Positions 18,875 through 29,319 of a stretch of DNA of 64,000 bases are shown one piece after another; position 1 is the first letter of the stretch, and every line of letters begins with the position of its first letter. Origin of the DNA: Spirochaetaceae bacterium (lineage in GTDB: Bacteria; Spirochaetota; Spirochaetia; DSM-2461); assembly GCA_051531975.1 (NCBI GenBank), contig JAOPTT010000007.1, positions 216,985 through 280,984 on the forward strand, given 5' to 3'. Made by a program: the position numbers and the translations under genes. Under the pieces are notes generated by a model. The model was not told where the DNA came from. It saw only the letters and a list, made by a program, of their open reading frames with translations, and did no database searches.

Positions 18875-20305
18875 TTAAGCAAAATCAGCTTCTACGCTCA
18901 TTCTGATTTTGTCTCTAATTTTGTTAAATGCACCTTGTGCATTTGTATACTTATATTCAAAATCTATTAAATCAGAACGATCTTCTTTTCTTGCTGTTTT
19001 AAGTTCAGCTTTAGCTTTAGCAAAGTTACTCTTGTCGATTGTAAATTCTTCTTTATAATGTTTTTTAGCATAATGTATTCCTACTAAATCAACAGGATTT
19101 ACATTTCTTGTGTAGATATCAAATACGACTGCAAGTAACAATACTCCACCTAAGATGATTGGTTCTATGTTTGCATCAATACCTGCTAAAGCCATACCGT
19201 TTTTAAGTGACATAATTACAATTGCACCAACTACAGCATTTACAACTTTACCAACACCACCACTAGCACTGGTTCCACCAATGAAGGCAGCTGCGATAGC
19301 GTATAATTCCCAGAATGGACCATGTTTTGGGGAAGCATTTTCTAATCTGGAAACATACATAACACCAGAAATCATCGCTAATACACCCATAGAAATAAAT
19401 ACAATAATCAATATAATTTCTACACTAATACCAGATAACTCAGCAGCTTCAGGATTTCCTCCAACTGCATAAATCCTTCTACCTAATGTTGTTTGTGTTG
19501 TCATGAAATGATAAATAGCAACTACAGCAACTGTAATTAATAATAAGTATGAAATACCTTTATTTGCACTAAATACGTAAGTTAAATATCCTATAATAGC
19601 CGTTAATATAAATAATTTTGTAATAAACAATGCTATTTTTTCACTTGGAATATTTAATTTTTTATTTTTTATCCTTTTTCGTGTTCCAGATATTAGAATG
19701 GCAACTATTATTACTATCCCAATTAAAAGTGAAATTAAATCGTATCCACCTACTTCAAATGTAGGTAAATAACCTGTCCCAACTTCAATAAAGAAAGGAT
19801 TTGTTGTTGAAATTGTTCTATTTCCGGTTTTAAACATTAATAAACCTTTAAAAATAAACATTCCTGCAAGTGTAACAACAAATGATGGAACTTTAATTTT
19901 TGCAATAAAGTATCCTTTAATGATACCTACAATTACTGTTATTACTAATGCACCAAGCAGTGCAACTATTACTGATTGACCACCCGTTTCAACAGCAACA
20001 ACAACATAAGCTCCCAGGAATGCACCAATAAATCCAACAGATAGATCGATTTGTCTTGTAACAATTACAAGTGTCATACCTACAGCAAGGACGGCGACAT
20101 ATGCAGTTTGATTTAAAAGGTTTGTGAAGTTGAAAGGTCCTAAGAAAATCCAACCAGTCATAAACCCAAAAACAATAAATATAACAACTAATGCTATAAA
20201 CATTCCATAATCTCTAATGTTAGTTCTAAACATTGATATCAATGTAAGGAAGTATTTGTAAATAGACCAAGCTATTTTCCCGAATATGTTTTTATTTTTA
20301 CTCAT
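18875..20305 (-). CDS. Monosaccharide ABC permease (GguB/XylH-like) with C-terminal extension
   Basis: IDLSVG, GRRIYAVGGNPEAAELSGI, ELYAIAAAFIGGTS motifs. Confidence 0.9.
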   Translation of the reverse strand: MSKNKNIFGKIAWSIYKYFLTLISMFRTNIRDYGMFIALVVIFIVFGFMTGWIFLGPFNFTNLLNQTAYVAVLAVGMTLVIVTRQIDLSVGFIGAFLGAYVVVAVETGGQSVIVALLGALVITVIVGIIKGYFIAKIKVPSFVVTLAGMFIFKGLLMFKTGNRTISTTNPFFIEVGTGYLPTFEVGGYDLISLLIGIVIIVAILISGTRKRIKNKKLNIPSEKIALFITKLFILTAIIGYLTYVFSANKGISYLLLITVAVVAIYHFMTTQTTLGRRIYAVGGNPEAAELSGISVEIILIIVFISMGVLAMISGVMYVSRLENASPKHGPFWELYAIAAAFIGGTSASGGVGKVVNAVVGAIVIMSLKNGMALAGIDANIEPIILGGVLLLAVVFDIYTRNVNPVDLVGIHYAKKHYKEEFTIDKSNFAKAKAELKTARKEDRSDLIDFEYKYTNAQGAFNKIRDKIRMSVEADFA

Positions 20306-20313
20306 AAGTTCTC

Positions 20314-21834
20314 CTAAACTGTTGCACTTGCCATAATTTTTTCAGGTGTTGCATCTTTAATATCAAATTCAGCAGTTTGTATACCTTCAGCGATAACGTA
20401 AACTCTGTCACACATACCTAAAACTTCTGGTAATTCCGACGAAATTATCACTATACTCATACCTTTTGCTACTAAATCATTAATAATTGTATATATTTCA
20501 TATTTTGCACCAACATCAATACCCCGAGTTGGTTCATCTAAAATTAATATTTCAGGTTCTGCAAATAACCATTTACTGATTTGTACTTTTTGTTGATTTC
20601 CACCACTTAAGTTTTTAACTTGTTGTAATATTGATGGAGTTCGAATATCAATATCCTTTACATACTTCTTAGCGTACGTATTTTGCTTAAAGAAATTAAT
20701 AATACCTATTTTGGAAATCTTCTCTAATGCAGAAATAGTTATATTTTGTTCAATTGTTTCTCCTAAGATAAGTCCATCTTTTTTTCTATCTTCAGATACA
20801 TATGCAATACCATGTTTTATTGCTTTTTTAGGAGATGTCAGCTTAACTGCTTTTCCAAATACAATTGTACTTCCGGATATTTTATATTCTTTTGGATTTC
20901 CAAAAATACTATGTGCAAGTTCTGTTCTACCTGCTCCCATTAATCCTGCAATACCAACAACTTCGCCTTTATGAACCTTTATGTTTGAATCATTTACAAT
21001 GTATCTGTTTAAAGAAGTATCGAATGCATTAAAGTGAACCGTTTCTAATACAACTTCTCCACCTTTGTATTTAGGTCTTTTTGGGAAAATATCATCAATT
21101 TCTCTACCAACCATGTTTTTGATTATTTGTTGTTCATTAATTTCTTCTTTTTTCATTCTGGCAACTGTCTTACCATCACGTATTACAGTTATAGAGTCTG
21201 CGATTGCTTCTACTTCTTTTAATTTATGGGAGATCATAATTGAAGTAATTCCTTGCTTTTTTAGGTCTACAAGTAATTTCAATAAATTATCGCTATCATC
21301 TTCATTTAGTGCTGCCGTTGGCTCATCTAATATTAGTAATTTAACATTTTGGCTTAGTGCTTTTGCAATTTCAATTAATTGTTGTTTCCCAACACCAAGA
21401 GAACCAACCAAACTATAAATATCAACATCCAATCCAACCATATCCAGATATTTTTTTGCTTCTTCTTTTGTTTTGTCCCAGTTCATAACAGATAGGTTAT
21501 TGTGTATTTCATGTCCAACAAAAACATTTTCATATACAGTAAGATTTGGAAAAAGTTCCAGTTCCTGGTTTATAATAACGATACCATCAGATACAGAATC
21601 TTTGATTCCGTGAAAATGCTTTATTTTATTATCAAATATTATATCTCCATCATAATCACCGTATGGATAAATTCCACTTAATACTTTCATAAGTGTTGAT
21701 TTTCCGGCTCCATTTTCACCTACTATAAAATGAATATCTCCTTTTTCAACTGATATATCTACTTCATCGAGAGCTTTAACACCTGGGAATGACTTCGTTA
21801 TTGATTTCATTCTTAATAGAGTGCTGTTTTCCAA
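20314..21834 (-). CDS. Monosaccharide ABC ATP-binding protein (GguA/XylG-like)
   Basis: GENGAGKST, LILDEPT, LSGGNQQK, DEPTRGIDVGAK; TTG start with SD AGGAGGT. Confidence 0.93.
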   Translation of the reverse strand: MENSTLLRMKSITKSFPGVKALDEVDISVEKGDIHFIVGENGAGKSTLMKVLSGIYPYGDYDGDIIFDNKIKHFHGIKDSVSDGIVIINQELELFPNLTVYENVFVGHEIHNNLSVMNWDKTKEEAKKYLDMVGLDVDIYSLVGSLGVGKQQLIEIAKALSQNVKLLILDEPTAALNEDDSDNLLKLLVDLKKQGITSIMISHKLKEVEAIADSITVIRDGKTVARMKKEEINEQQIIKNMVGREIDDIFPKRPKYKGGEVVLETVHFNAFDTSLNRYIVNDSNIKVHKGEVVGIAGLMGAGRTELAHSIFGNPKEYKISGSTIVFGKAVKLTSPKKAIKHGIAYVSEDRKKDGLILGETIEQNITISALEKISKIGIINFFKQNTYAKKYVKDIDIRTPSILQQVKNLSGGNQQKVQISKWLFAEPEILILDEPTRGIDVGAKYEIYTIINDLVAKGMSIVIISSELPEVLGMCDRVYVIAEGIQTAEFDIKDATPEKIMASATV

Positions 21835-22072
21835 AAAAATACCTCCTATAATTATTTTGCATTTATTTCTTATGTTAATTCTGAATCTTATTAATTCCTT
21901 GAAAAGGTTTGTAATTAGCTAATTATCAACTAATTACCGTTTAAGAAACTTCTAGATTTTATTTTATGATTTATTATATGACTGGAATTCAGTATCTACA
22001 TATAGGACATTTAGATTTAAAACTGTTCAATTTTGACATTACGATTTTTTTTTAAATTATATTAGCACAATC

Positions 22073-23110
22073 TTATGGTTTGTTTTGTCCTATGACATTA
22101 CGATATACATCTTCTTTGGAATGGAATCCATCGTTTATAACAGTATCATCCAGTTGTTCTCTAAATACAGGTATAGGCTTTTCAACATAAAATGGGATCT
22201 CTATATCACTATTATTATCTATATATCTATCGGGTTTAAACTGGGATTTATTAGCCATTGATACAGCTAATTTAGCTGCTCTAACAGCTAGGCGGTGAAT
22301 CGGCTTATACACAGTCATCAATTGTGTTCCTTCGACAATATTCTGACAGGAGACTAGATCTGCATCCTGGCCGACAACAGCTACTTGCCCTGCTAATTGT
22401 CTTTCAGACAGTAGTCTAATGGCAGCCTGGGCAATTAGATCATTTGCTGCAGATATGGCCTGTATATCTTCTGTTCTCTCCAGAACCTTCCCAATCTCAA
22501 TTATGGCTTCATCATAACTCCAATGTTCTAACCAGATCTCTTCTACAAGATTAATATCTCCCTGTTCTATAAAAGGGTCTAGAACCTCATGAACCCCATT
22601 GTTAACTTGAGTGCTATTGTTATCATGAACAGAGCCGTTAACAATGATATAATTGCCTTTTGGAACATGGTTAGTTAGGGACACTGCTAAAAGCCTTCCC
22701 ACCTCGGTATTATCAAAAGAGACATAACCAGTTATAGGAACATCCATAATTGGTCTGTCATATGCTAATACGGGAATCCCCCGATCAAGGGTTTTCTGAA
22801 TAACTCCCGCCAATAGGGCCTTATCCTGGGGAATGACTACAAGAACATCGATATCTTGTTTTAATAGATATAGTATCTGAGGAATCTGATCATTGGCAGT
22901 ACCAGAAGATTTGGCAAATATTACTTCTGCATTTAATTCTCTTGCCGCGTTCATAAAGATCTTTATATCTCTGTCCCATCTCTCTAGAAGGAAGGTTTCT
23001 GACGCCACAGAAAAACCGATACGGATAACTTCATTATCTTTGGGTTTATTTTTAGAACAGGAAGAAATGAGAATAATGGAAATAATTATGAAAATATACT
23101 TTTTGGACAT
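22073..23110 (-). CDS. XylF-like sugar-binding lipoprotein
   Basis: Lipobox ISSC; ERWDRD, AYDR, SFDN..VG, GQDADL, QLMTVYKPI. Confidence 0.85.
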   Translation of the reverse strand: MSKKYIFIIISIILISSCSKNKPKDNEVIRIGFSVASETFLLERWDRDIKIFMNAARELNAEVIFAKSSGTANDQIPQILYLLKQDIDVLVVIPQDKALLAGVIQKTLDRGIPVLAYDRPIMDVPITGYVSFDNTEVGRLLAVSLTNHVPKGNYIIVNGSVHDNNSTQVNNGVHEVLDPFIEQGDINLVEEIWLEHWSYDEAIIEIGKVLERTEDIQAISAANDLIAQAAIRLLSERQLAGQVAVVGQDADLVSCQNIVEGTQLMTVYKPIHRLAVRAAKLAVSMANKSQFKPDRYIDNNSDIEIPFYVEKPIPVFREQLDDTVINDGFHSKEDVYRNVIGQNKP

Positions 23111-24603
23111 TATAGTGAACCTCTTTTTTCAAAATCAGATGGTGAAATACCCATAACTTTTCGGAAAATACGACTGAAGTAGTTCGGATCTTTGTAACCA
23201 ACCAGATAGGTAACCTCTTTTATGGTGATATTTTTATCTCTAAGCAGTATCACGGCTGCGTTAATACGGTAACGATTTAGATAATCAATGAAATTGATAT
23301 CTAGATGCTCTGAAAACAGTCTACTCAGATAACTTCCTGAGACTAAACACTCATCGGCAACCAATGTAAGTGATAGTTTTTCTCTGTAGTTTTCTGCTAT
23401 AAACGACAAAGCTTTATTTAATGGAAGAGGGTAAGAATAATTCTTTTGCATATCCAAGACAGCAAATAGGGATCTCATGGCACCTTCAGCCCATTTTTCC
23501 CAGGCATCAATGGATTCGAGGGGCATAATCTCCTCGGCAGGCTCTATATTGAATTGATTATCTAATAGTATATGACTCTCTATGTCCTGTAATAACAGTG
23601 TAAATAGAGCCACCATTTTTCCTTTTGCAACTGGAAATGTGTCCATCTTAAATGTGTGAATCCAAAATTCCTTAAAAAGATCTTCCCCGATAGCTCTTTC
23701 ACTTTTAAGTATATTCTTAAATAGGGACAATATTTTTCTTTGTTGTAAGTCACCGCCCCCAGATCCTGATTTTTCATCAGAAAAAGGTAAATAGGCTTCA
23801 GAGAATGATTTTGTGATTTCGGAATAATGGTAGATAGATCCAACTCCAAGAATTAGATTATATTTTTCCATCTGACCTATAATTTTCCGTATATTCGATT
23901 CGAGATTTTTTAAGTCTCTCTCTTCTGGAAACAGAAACAATAATTTATCCCCTAACTCACTAGTAAGACAATTATACTTATATTTGATTTTCTGAGTGAT
24001 GATTTTAAATATATCGGCCCTCATATCCAAGGAAATATGTGAAATACCTCCAATCAAGTAAATAGCTGCCTTTTCACAGTTGATAGAAAAGACTTTTGCA
24101 AATTCATCCCATTCCTTCTCCTGTGGATTATTCCAGATTAAGGTTGTTAAAAATGATTTTTGCATTTCGCTTCGGGTTTTTTCTAGGAGTTGAACATCTT
24201 CCAACTTGTGTGCACTTTCTTTTTTCCTGATATCCAGATAATGCTTAACTTTATCCAGCTCTTCTAGAACCTTATTTCTTGAGACCGGTTTAATTAGGTA
24301 GCTGAAAACACCGAGACGAATAGCTTTCTGAGCAATATCAAATCTCTCGTATGCTGTAGATAGAATAAATACCATATTGGGGAATAGAGGTCTTAGCTGT
24401 TTTATCACCTCAATACCATCTAAACCAGGCATCTGAATGTCCATAAAGACTAGATCTGGTGACTTTTCTGTTATCTCTTTTATGGCCTCAGTTCCAGAAC
24501 GTGCCTGTCCACAGAGAGTAAATTCTGTAACGTATTTTTTAAAAATAAAATTGAAACTATCCAGAACAGGTTCTTCATCATCAACAATCATAACTCTATA
24601 CAT
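23110..24603 (-). CDS. YesN-type response regulator (REC + AraC HTH)
   Basis: VDDE, MDIQMP, YLIKP; C-terminal YLSRLF, GYKDPNYFSRIFRK. Confidence 0.92.
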   Translation of the reverse strand: MYRVMIVDDEEPVLDSFNFIFKKYVTEFTLCGQARSGTEAIKEITEKSPDLVFMDIQMPGLDGIEVIKQLRPLFPNMVFILSTAYERFDIAQKAIRLGVFSYLIKPVSRNKVLEELDKVKHYLDIRKKESAHKLEDVQLLEKTRSEMQKSFLTTLIWNNPQEKEWDEFAKVFSINCEKAAIYLIGGISHISLDMRADIFKIITQKIKYKYNCLTSELGDKLLFLFPEERDLKNLESNIRKIIGQMEKYNLILGVGSIYHYSEITKSFSEAYLPFSDEKSGSGGGDLQQRKILSLFKNILKSERAIGEDLFKEFWIHTFKMDTFPVAKGKMVALFTLLLQDIESHILLDNQFNIEPAEEIMPLESIDAWEKWAEGAMRSLFAVLDMQKNYSYPLPLNKALSFIAENYREKLSLTLVADECLVSGSYLSRLFSEHLDINFIDYLNRYRINAAVILLRDKNITIKEVTYLVGYKDPNYFSRIFRKVMGISPSDFEKRGSL

Positions 24604-26084
24604 GGATCCACCTCTGTATTAATATTAATAATAATTTCAGTTCCATTTTGGCTCTCGCTCTTGATTTCTATTACGTTATCCTCTTCTGGATAAAAAAAGT
24701 AACAACGTTGTATAACATTTTCTAACCCCATAACCTTTGAACTTAACTGATAATCATGAGTATGGGATGTTAATAAGGCCTTAACTGTTTTTTGGGGGAT
24801 ACCAATTCCATTATCCTTAACACTAATTTTCAGGATAGGGTCGAGAAATTCTATTTTGACAATAATACTTCCTAACCCCTCTTTTGTTTTAAAAGCATGT
24901 ACTACAGAGTTTTCGACAATGGGTTGAAGGATCATGGCTGGACAGCTGAACCTGTCCAGGAGATCCTCGGGGATTATTAATTCAAGATTTAGAGAGTGGG
25001 GGAATCTTATTTTCAATATGTTAAAATAGGATTTTAATCCCTCGTATTCATGGCGGAGAGGTACAAAGAATTTCTTCTCCCTTATATTATAACGAAACAG
25101 TGCTGCCAGGTTTTCCATAAAGTCAGCTGTTTTCTCCGCTTCTTCAACGATGGCTAGCTGAACACCTGTATTAATCGTATTAAAAAGAAAATGTGGGTTC
25201 ATCTGAGCCTGCATAGTATATAATTCCATTCTCTTGAGTAGTTGCTCCATCTTCAAATTACGAACCCTCTCGGTCATTATCTGCTTTTCAATCTCTTTCT
25301 GTTTTTGTAATTCCTTTATGTAATGGCTGATGCTGTTCTTCATATTATTAAAAGCGGTCGCTACGTGATTTATCTCATTAACAGAGTCAAATTTAACATC
25401 AGGAAGTTCAAAATCTCCACTTGAAATTTTTTCAGCCATAATAGACAACTGCTGAATAGGATAAGATACTGTATTGATATTTCTCATGAGTATGGAAAAT
25501 GAAAATGCCATAATGAGTATTATCAGAATGAGACTGTAGAGTTGAATGTTTCTAAATAGATCCAGAAAATTACCATATTCTCCTAATTGACTTCTGAATC
25601 CTTGTAGACTGACAATATCAATCCGCTTTGTTATATAATTGTATAGTACAAATAAATCTTCAAATCCTCCGGTGTATTCACTTACATTACGTCCTCTTTT
25701 CCATTCTATTATCTGTTTTACCTGAATAAGGTAAGAATCAAGTAAAAAATATATTTCCCGCTTTAACAACTCCTCATCATCATTATAAATCTGACGAGAA
25801 TCGGGTAAGGATTCTTTTAAGGTCTCTGTTGAATATAAAAGCTTAGCCAATGAGGATGATGAGTAAACACTCAAATAGGTCTCAAGCGAGGTCTGAATCT
25901 CGTTTAACTGGAGCTGGAGTTCATGAAGGATCTGCTCATCTTCAAACCTCTTATCCGCAATATTCTGTAGTGTCAGTGAAATGGCAAATATGAATCCAAA
26001 AGAGATAAGGGTAAAGGAGATGGAAAAAGTAAAATAATAGAGTAATTTTGCTTTTAATGAGTTTTTGATTCTAAATTTACTCAC
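24588..26084 (-). CDS. YesM/LytS-type sensor histidine kinase
   Basis: Two TM segments, HAMP, QAQMNPHFLFNT H-box, QPIVENSVVH, DNGIG. Confidence 0.92.
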   Translation of the reverse strand: MSKFRIKNSLKAKLLYYFTFSISFTLISFGFIFAISLTLQNIADKRFEDEQILHELQLQLNEIQTSLETYLSVYSSSSLAKLLYSTETLKESLPDSRQIYNDDEELLKREIYFLLDSYLIQVKQIIEWKRGRNVSEYTGGFEDLFVLYNYITKRIDIVSLQGFRSQLGEYGNFLDLFRNIQLYSLILIILIMAFSFSILMRNINTVSYPIQQLSIMAEKISSGDFELPDVKFDSVNEINHVATAFNNMKNSISHYIKELQKQKEIEKQIMTERVRNLKMEQLLKRMELYTMQAQMNPHFLFNTINTGVQLAIVEEAEKTADFMENLAALFRYNIREKKFFVPLRHEYEGLKSYFNILKIRFPHSLNLELIIPEDLLDRFSCPAMILQPIVENSVVHAFKTKEGLGSIIVKIEFLDPILKISVKDNGIGIPQKTVKALLTSHTHDYQLSSKVMGLENVIQRCYFFYPEEDNVIEIKSESQNGTEIIININTEVDPCIEL

Positions 26085-27048
26085 CGTTTCCTACCCCGCG
26101 TCCATCCTTTGTAATGACACTAATTCCCGTGTCTACAAATGCCGATGTATAACCATTTGTACTCAGTTCCTGAAGAGCCATAACTGCACTGAATCCAATA
26201 CGGTAGGGGTTTCTAATAATAGAACCTAAGATAAGTTCCTTATCTATATATTCCTTAATTTTTTTATCATCACCAAATCCAATAATTTTCACATTTCCTA
26301 CAAGATTCATATCTATTATGGCCTGAACCGAAACCAGTGTATCATTTGGATCTGTCAAAACTATGACATCTATTTTTTGTTCCTGACGCATTAATTGATA
26401 TGTTAGTCTCTCGGCATCCAGGGGATTCATACTTGTAACTTCTGTCTGAAGATGATTGATTTTATCATTTAGAATAGAGTTTAGTCCAAGTTCCACAAGA
26501 TTCCCATCTGACATCAGTCCCGGATTTTTATCACTGAAAACAAGGGCTATGTTTAGTTTATCGCTTTTCGCTTTTAACGCTAGTTTAGCTATTGCTTTGC
26601 CAGATTCAAAATTATTTGTACCAATAAAGAATGTTGTTTCATCACGAATAATTTCATTTTCTATCTGTATTATAGGGATACCTGCTTTTGAGATTTTTGT
26701 AAGGTTTTTAATGATTTTATCATCTTTTGAATATGGGTATATACCAATTCCATCGACCCCGGATAAGGTAACCATATCAAAACTCATTGGATCTGCATCG
26801 ATCTCATGAAAAGTGATTGCACAATCCATAGTCTCTGAGGCATGGATTGCCCCTTCTTTTAATAGAGTGAAAAATGAATAATTCGATGCTGGGAGGAAGA
26901 AGGCATAATGATTGGATTTCTCTTCGCTATCCTCTCTGTCACCCCTGAAGAAAAATGTACTCTTCAGCATTGTACTAAGCGATAATAAAAGAAATATGAT
27001 AAAAAGTGAGGTGAAAATGTAAGGTGCATATTTAAAGAATCTATTCAC
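26077..27048 (-). CDS. Membrane-anchored sugar-binding sensor protein (XylFII-like)
   Basis: N-terminal TM anchor, periplasmic-binding fold (IGTNNFESG, IIGF, P..IG..AV); overlaps the kinase gene; GTG start. Confidence 0.78.
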   Translation of the reverse strand: MNRFFKYAPYIFTSLFIIFLLLSLSTMLKSTFFFRGDREDSEEKSNHYAFFLPASNYSFFTLLKEGAIHASETMDCAITFHEIDADPMSFDMVTLSGVDGIGIYPYSKDDKIIKNLTKISKAGIPIIQIENEIIRDETTFFIGTNNFESGKAIAKLALKAKSDKLNIALVFSDKNPGLMSDGNLVELGLNSILNDKINHLQTEVTSMNPLDAERLTYQLMRQEQKIDVIVLTDPNDTLVSVQAIIDMNLVGNVKIIGFGDDKKIKEYIDKELILGSIIRNPYRIGFSAVMALQELSTNGYTSAFVDTGISVITKDGRGVGNGE

Positions 27049-27130
27049 AAAATAAGTTTAGATTCAAAAATTGATATTGTAAAGTATCATTTAAAGTTAT
27101 CTGTTTATCCATAAGTTTTCCTAAATGTTG

Positions 27131-28777
27131 TTAGTTTTCTTTATACTCAAAAAACTCAAAGTCTGCATGAGTATTTAATGTTGCTGGATCATTACAGCAC
27201 ATACCTACATAAGCACCTGTAAATCCCCCTGAATTTTCATCAGAAAGCATACTTTGATCTAAAATCGGGCCAATTCCCTTGTATGTTTTTTCATCATACC
27301 CATAGTGAAATTGAAGTTCATTGTCGTTTACTACTGCTTTTAGGTATATTTTTCTCCCTGCATCAACAGGAATAGGGTCGATTACAAATAAATTAACGTC
27401 CCCTTTGTTATTACTTGTAATACTAATAAAGCTACCAATATGTTCATCATATCCAACATATAAATAGTAGTATAAAATATTTGAGTAAAGTACAATCAGA
27501 CCAGCCATCTGGTTCTCTTCATCAGATGAAAACTCCATAGCAGTGGATGCAGTATATTTGAAACTTTGTTGACGCCTTGCAACTAAACTTAATATATAGT
27601 CCGAAACTATCATCTCTTTACCATAAAGTCTTAGATAACCTGGGCGGTCAGTTAGACTAAATATTTCTTTTGATATATCCCCTCTAAGCCACTGGAAATT
27701 TATATTAAGCTTTGAGCTTTCAAAGTTATCTCTAACTGGTAGATCTGGAAACTTAAACTCCAGAAGGTCCGGTGCCTGGACAAATTGTTTTCCAATTGTT
27801 GAACCATCTTCTAATCTCAACCAGTCATCTTCTCCCCATACCATCTTCTGGATTCCTGTCTCTCGACCTAATACGCAACCCTGTCTATTTTCTAGATCTA
27901 GAGGACGCCCACAAAGATGAACCATATATGTATCTCCATTTTGTGTCTCTACAAAATCTGCATGACCAGTTTTTTGTAAATACGCATCTGTGCCTAAAGC
28001 TCGTAGGATTGGGTTCTGGGGATGAACCTCGTAGGGTCCATCTATATTTTTTGATCTAGCCATAGTCACACAGTGTTCATAAGATGTTCCACCCTCTGCA
28101 ACTATCAGATAATAATAACCGTTTCTCTTATATAGATGTGGAGCCTCAGTTACACCAACTTCATTCCCAAATATTTTTTTAGGTTTCCCTATAAGTTTTT
28201 TATCTTTCTCTGAATACTCTTGTAGTAATATTCCTTTAAATAGGGGAGTGTTTTTATCGTATTTTTTATACTGATCCCAAATTCTTTTTATAGTTGTATT
28301 TGCCTCATGTCTAGAATTATCTCTAACCATAGTATTCCATGCTACATGGTCTAAATACATAACTGTATACCATGCTTTTCCATCATCATCATGGAATAAA
28401 GAAGGATCAAAACCCCTACTATCGAGGTAGATAGGGTCTGACCAATCACCTAATATATCCTCTGTGGTAACTAAATAGTTGTGACATGTACCTCTACCTT
28501 TTACATCGGTAAAGATTAAGTAGTAAGTTCCATTTTTATAGGAGAGACATGGAGCCCAAATTCCGCCACTATTTCCTTCACCTAACATATTTAATAGGGA
28601 GTCCCGTCTTAATGGTCTTGTGATTAGTTTCCAATTTATTAAATCTTTAGAGTGGTGGATTTGCACACCTGGATACCATTCAAATGTTGATGTGGCTATA
28701 TAATAGTCATCGGCAACTCTGATGATAGATGGATCCGGGTTAAATCCTGGAAGTATAGGGTTTTGTATCTCTTTCAT
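27131..28777 (-). CDS. GH43 beta-xylosidase (two-domain, XynB-like)
   Basis: NPILPGFNPDPSI, ATSTFEWYPG, WAP, FDPSLF, TEAPH, LGRET, GFTGAYVG. Confidence 0.93.
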   Translation of the reverse strand: MKEIQNPILPGFNPDPSIIRVADDYYIATSTFEWYPGVQIHHSKDLINWKLITRPLRRDSLLNMLGEGNSGGIWAPCLSYKNGTYYLIFTDVKGRGTCHNYLVTTEDILGDWSDPIYLDSRGFDPSLFHDDDGKAWYTVMYLDHVAWNTMVRDNSRHEANTTIKRIWDQYKKYDKNTPLFKGILLQEYSEKDKKLIGKPKKIFGNEVGVTEAPHLYKRNGYYYLIVAEGGTSYEHCVTMARSKNIDGPYEVHPQNPILRALGTDAYLQKTGHADFVETQNGDTYMVHLCGRPLDLENRQGCVLGRETGIQKMVWGEDDWLRLEDGSTIGKQFVQAPDLLEFKFPDLPVRDNFESSKLNINFQWLRGDISKEIFSLTDRPGYLRLYGKEMIVSDYILSLVARRQQSFKYTASTAMEFSSDEENQMAGLIVLYSNILYYYLYVGYDEHIGSFISITSNNKGDVNLFVIDPIPVDAGRKIYLKAVVNDNELQFHYGYDEKTYKGIGPILDQSMLSDENSGGFTGAYVGMCCNDPATLNTHADFEFFEYKEN

Positions 28778-28800
28778 AATCTCTCCTTATAAGTAAAAAT

Positions 28801-29298
28801 CTATAATGAAAATTTAATCTTTTGATCTTCTGTGTGGTCCATAACTATACAATCATTTGCATATGTTCTTTGTGGTAGAACTATTAAGACATTTGCAACT
28901 TTATCGTTAGCAGTCCAAGGCGCATGATGAAAAACACCCGGTTTTAAAGTAACCATTGTTCCCATAGGGACTCTAAAGACTCTCATTTTATTAACCGGTA
29001 ACTCTCCATTAGGAGCGCCTGGGGCAACATGGATAATTATATCGTTATCTAAAGCAAATATTCCCTCACCACAGTGGGAGTGGTACTCACTTATATTTAT
29101 TTCAAACTCTCTTTTAAGAACTCTACAAATGGAGAATGATGTAACTGTCTTAGTTCCCATATCCTGCTGTGTCATGTCTCTATAAAATGTTACTGGATCT
29201 GCACCAAAGTATTCTGTATCTGGGTTTATCATGTTATTGAATGTTCCAAACTCGTTAAATGCCTCTAAGCTGAGTTCTTGAACCTTTAATTCTTTCAT
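28801..29298 (-). CDS. Ureidoglycolate-lyase-like cupin of unknown function
   Basis: LS.EAF..FG start, EYH...E and PGVFHHAP metal-ligand motifs. Confidence 0.7.
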   Translation of the reverse strand: MKELKVQELSLEAFNEFGTFNNMINPDTEYFGADPVTFYRDMTQQDMGTKTVTSFSICRVLKREFEINISEYHSHCGEGIFALDNDIIIHVAPGAPNGELPVNKMRVFRVPMGTMVTLKPGVFHHAPWTANDKVANVLIVLPQRTYANDCIVMDHTEDQKIKFSL

Positions 29299-29319
29299 TT
29301 TTCCTCCTATTTAAAAAAT

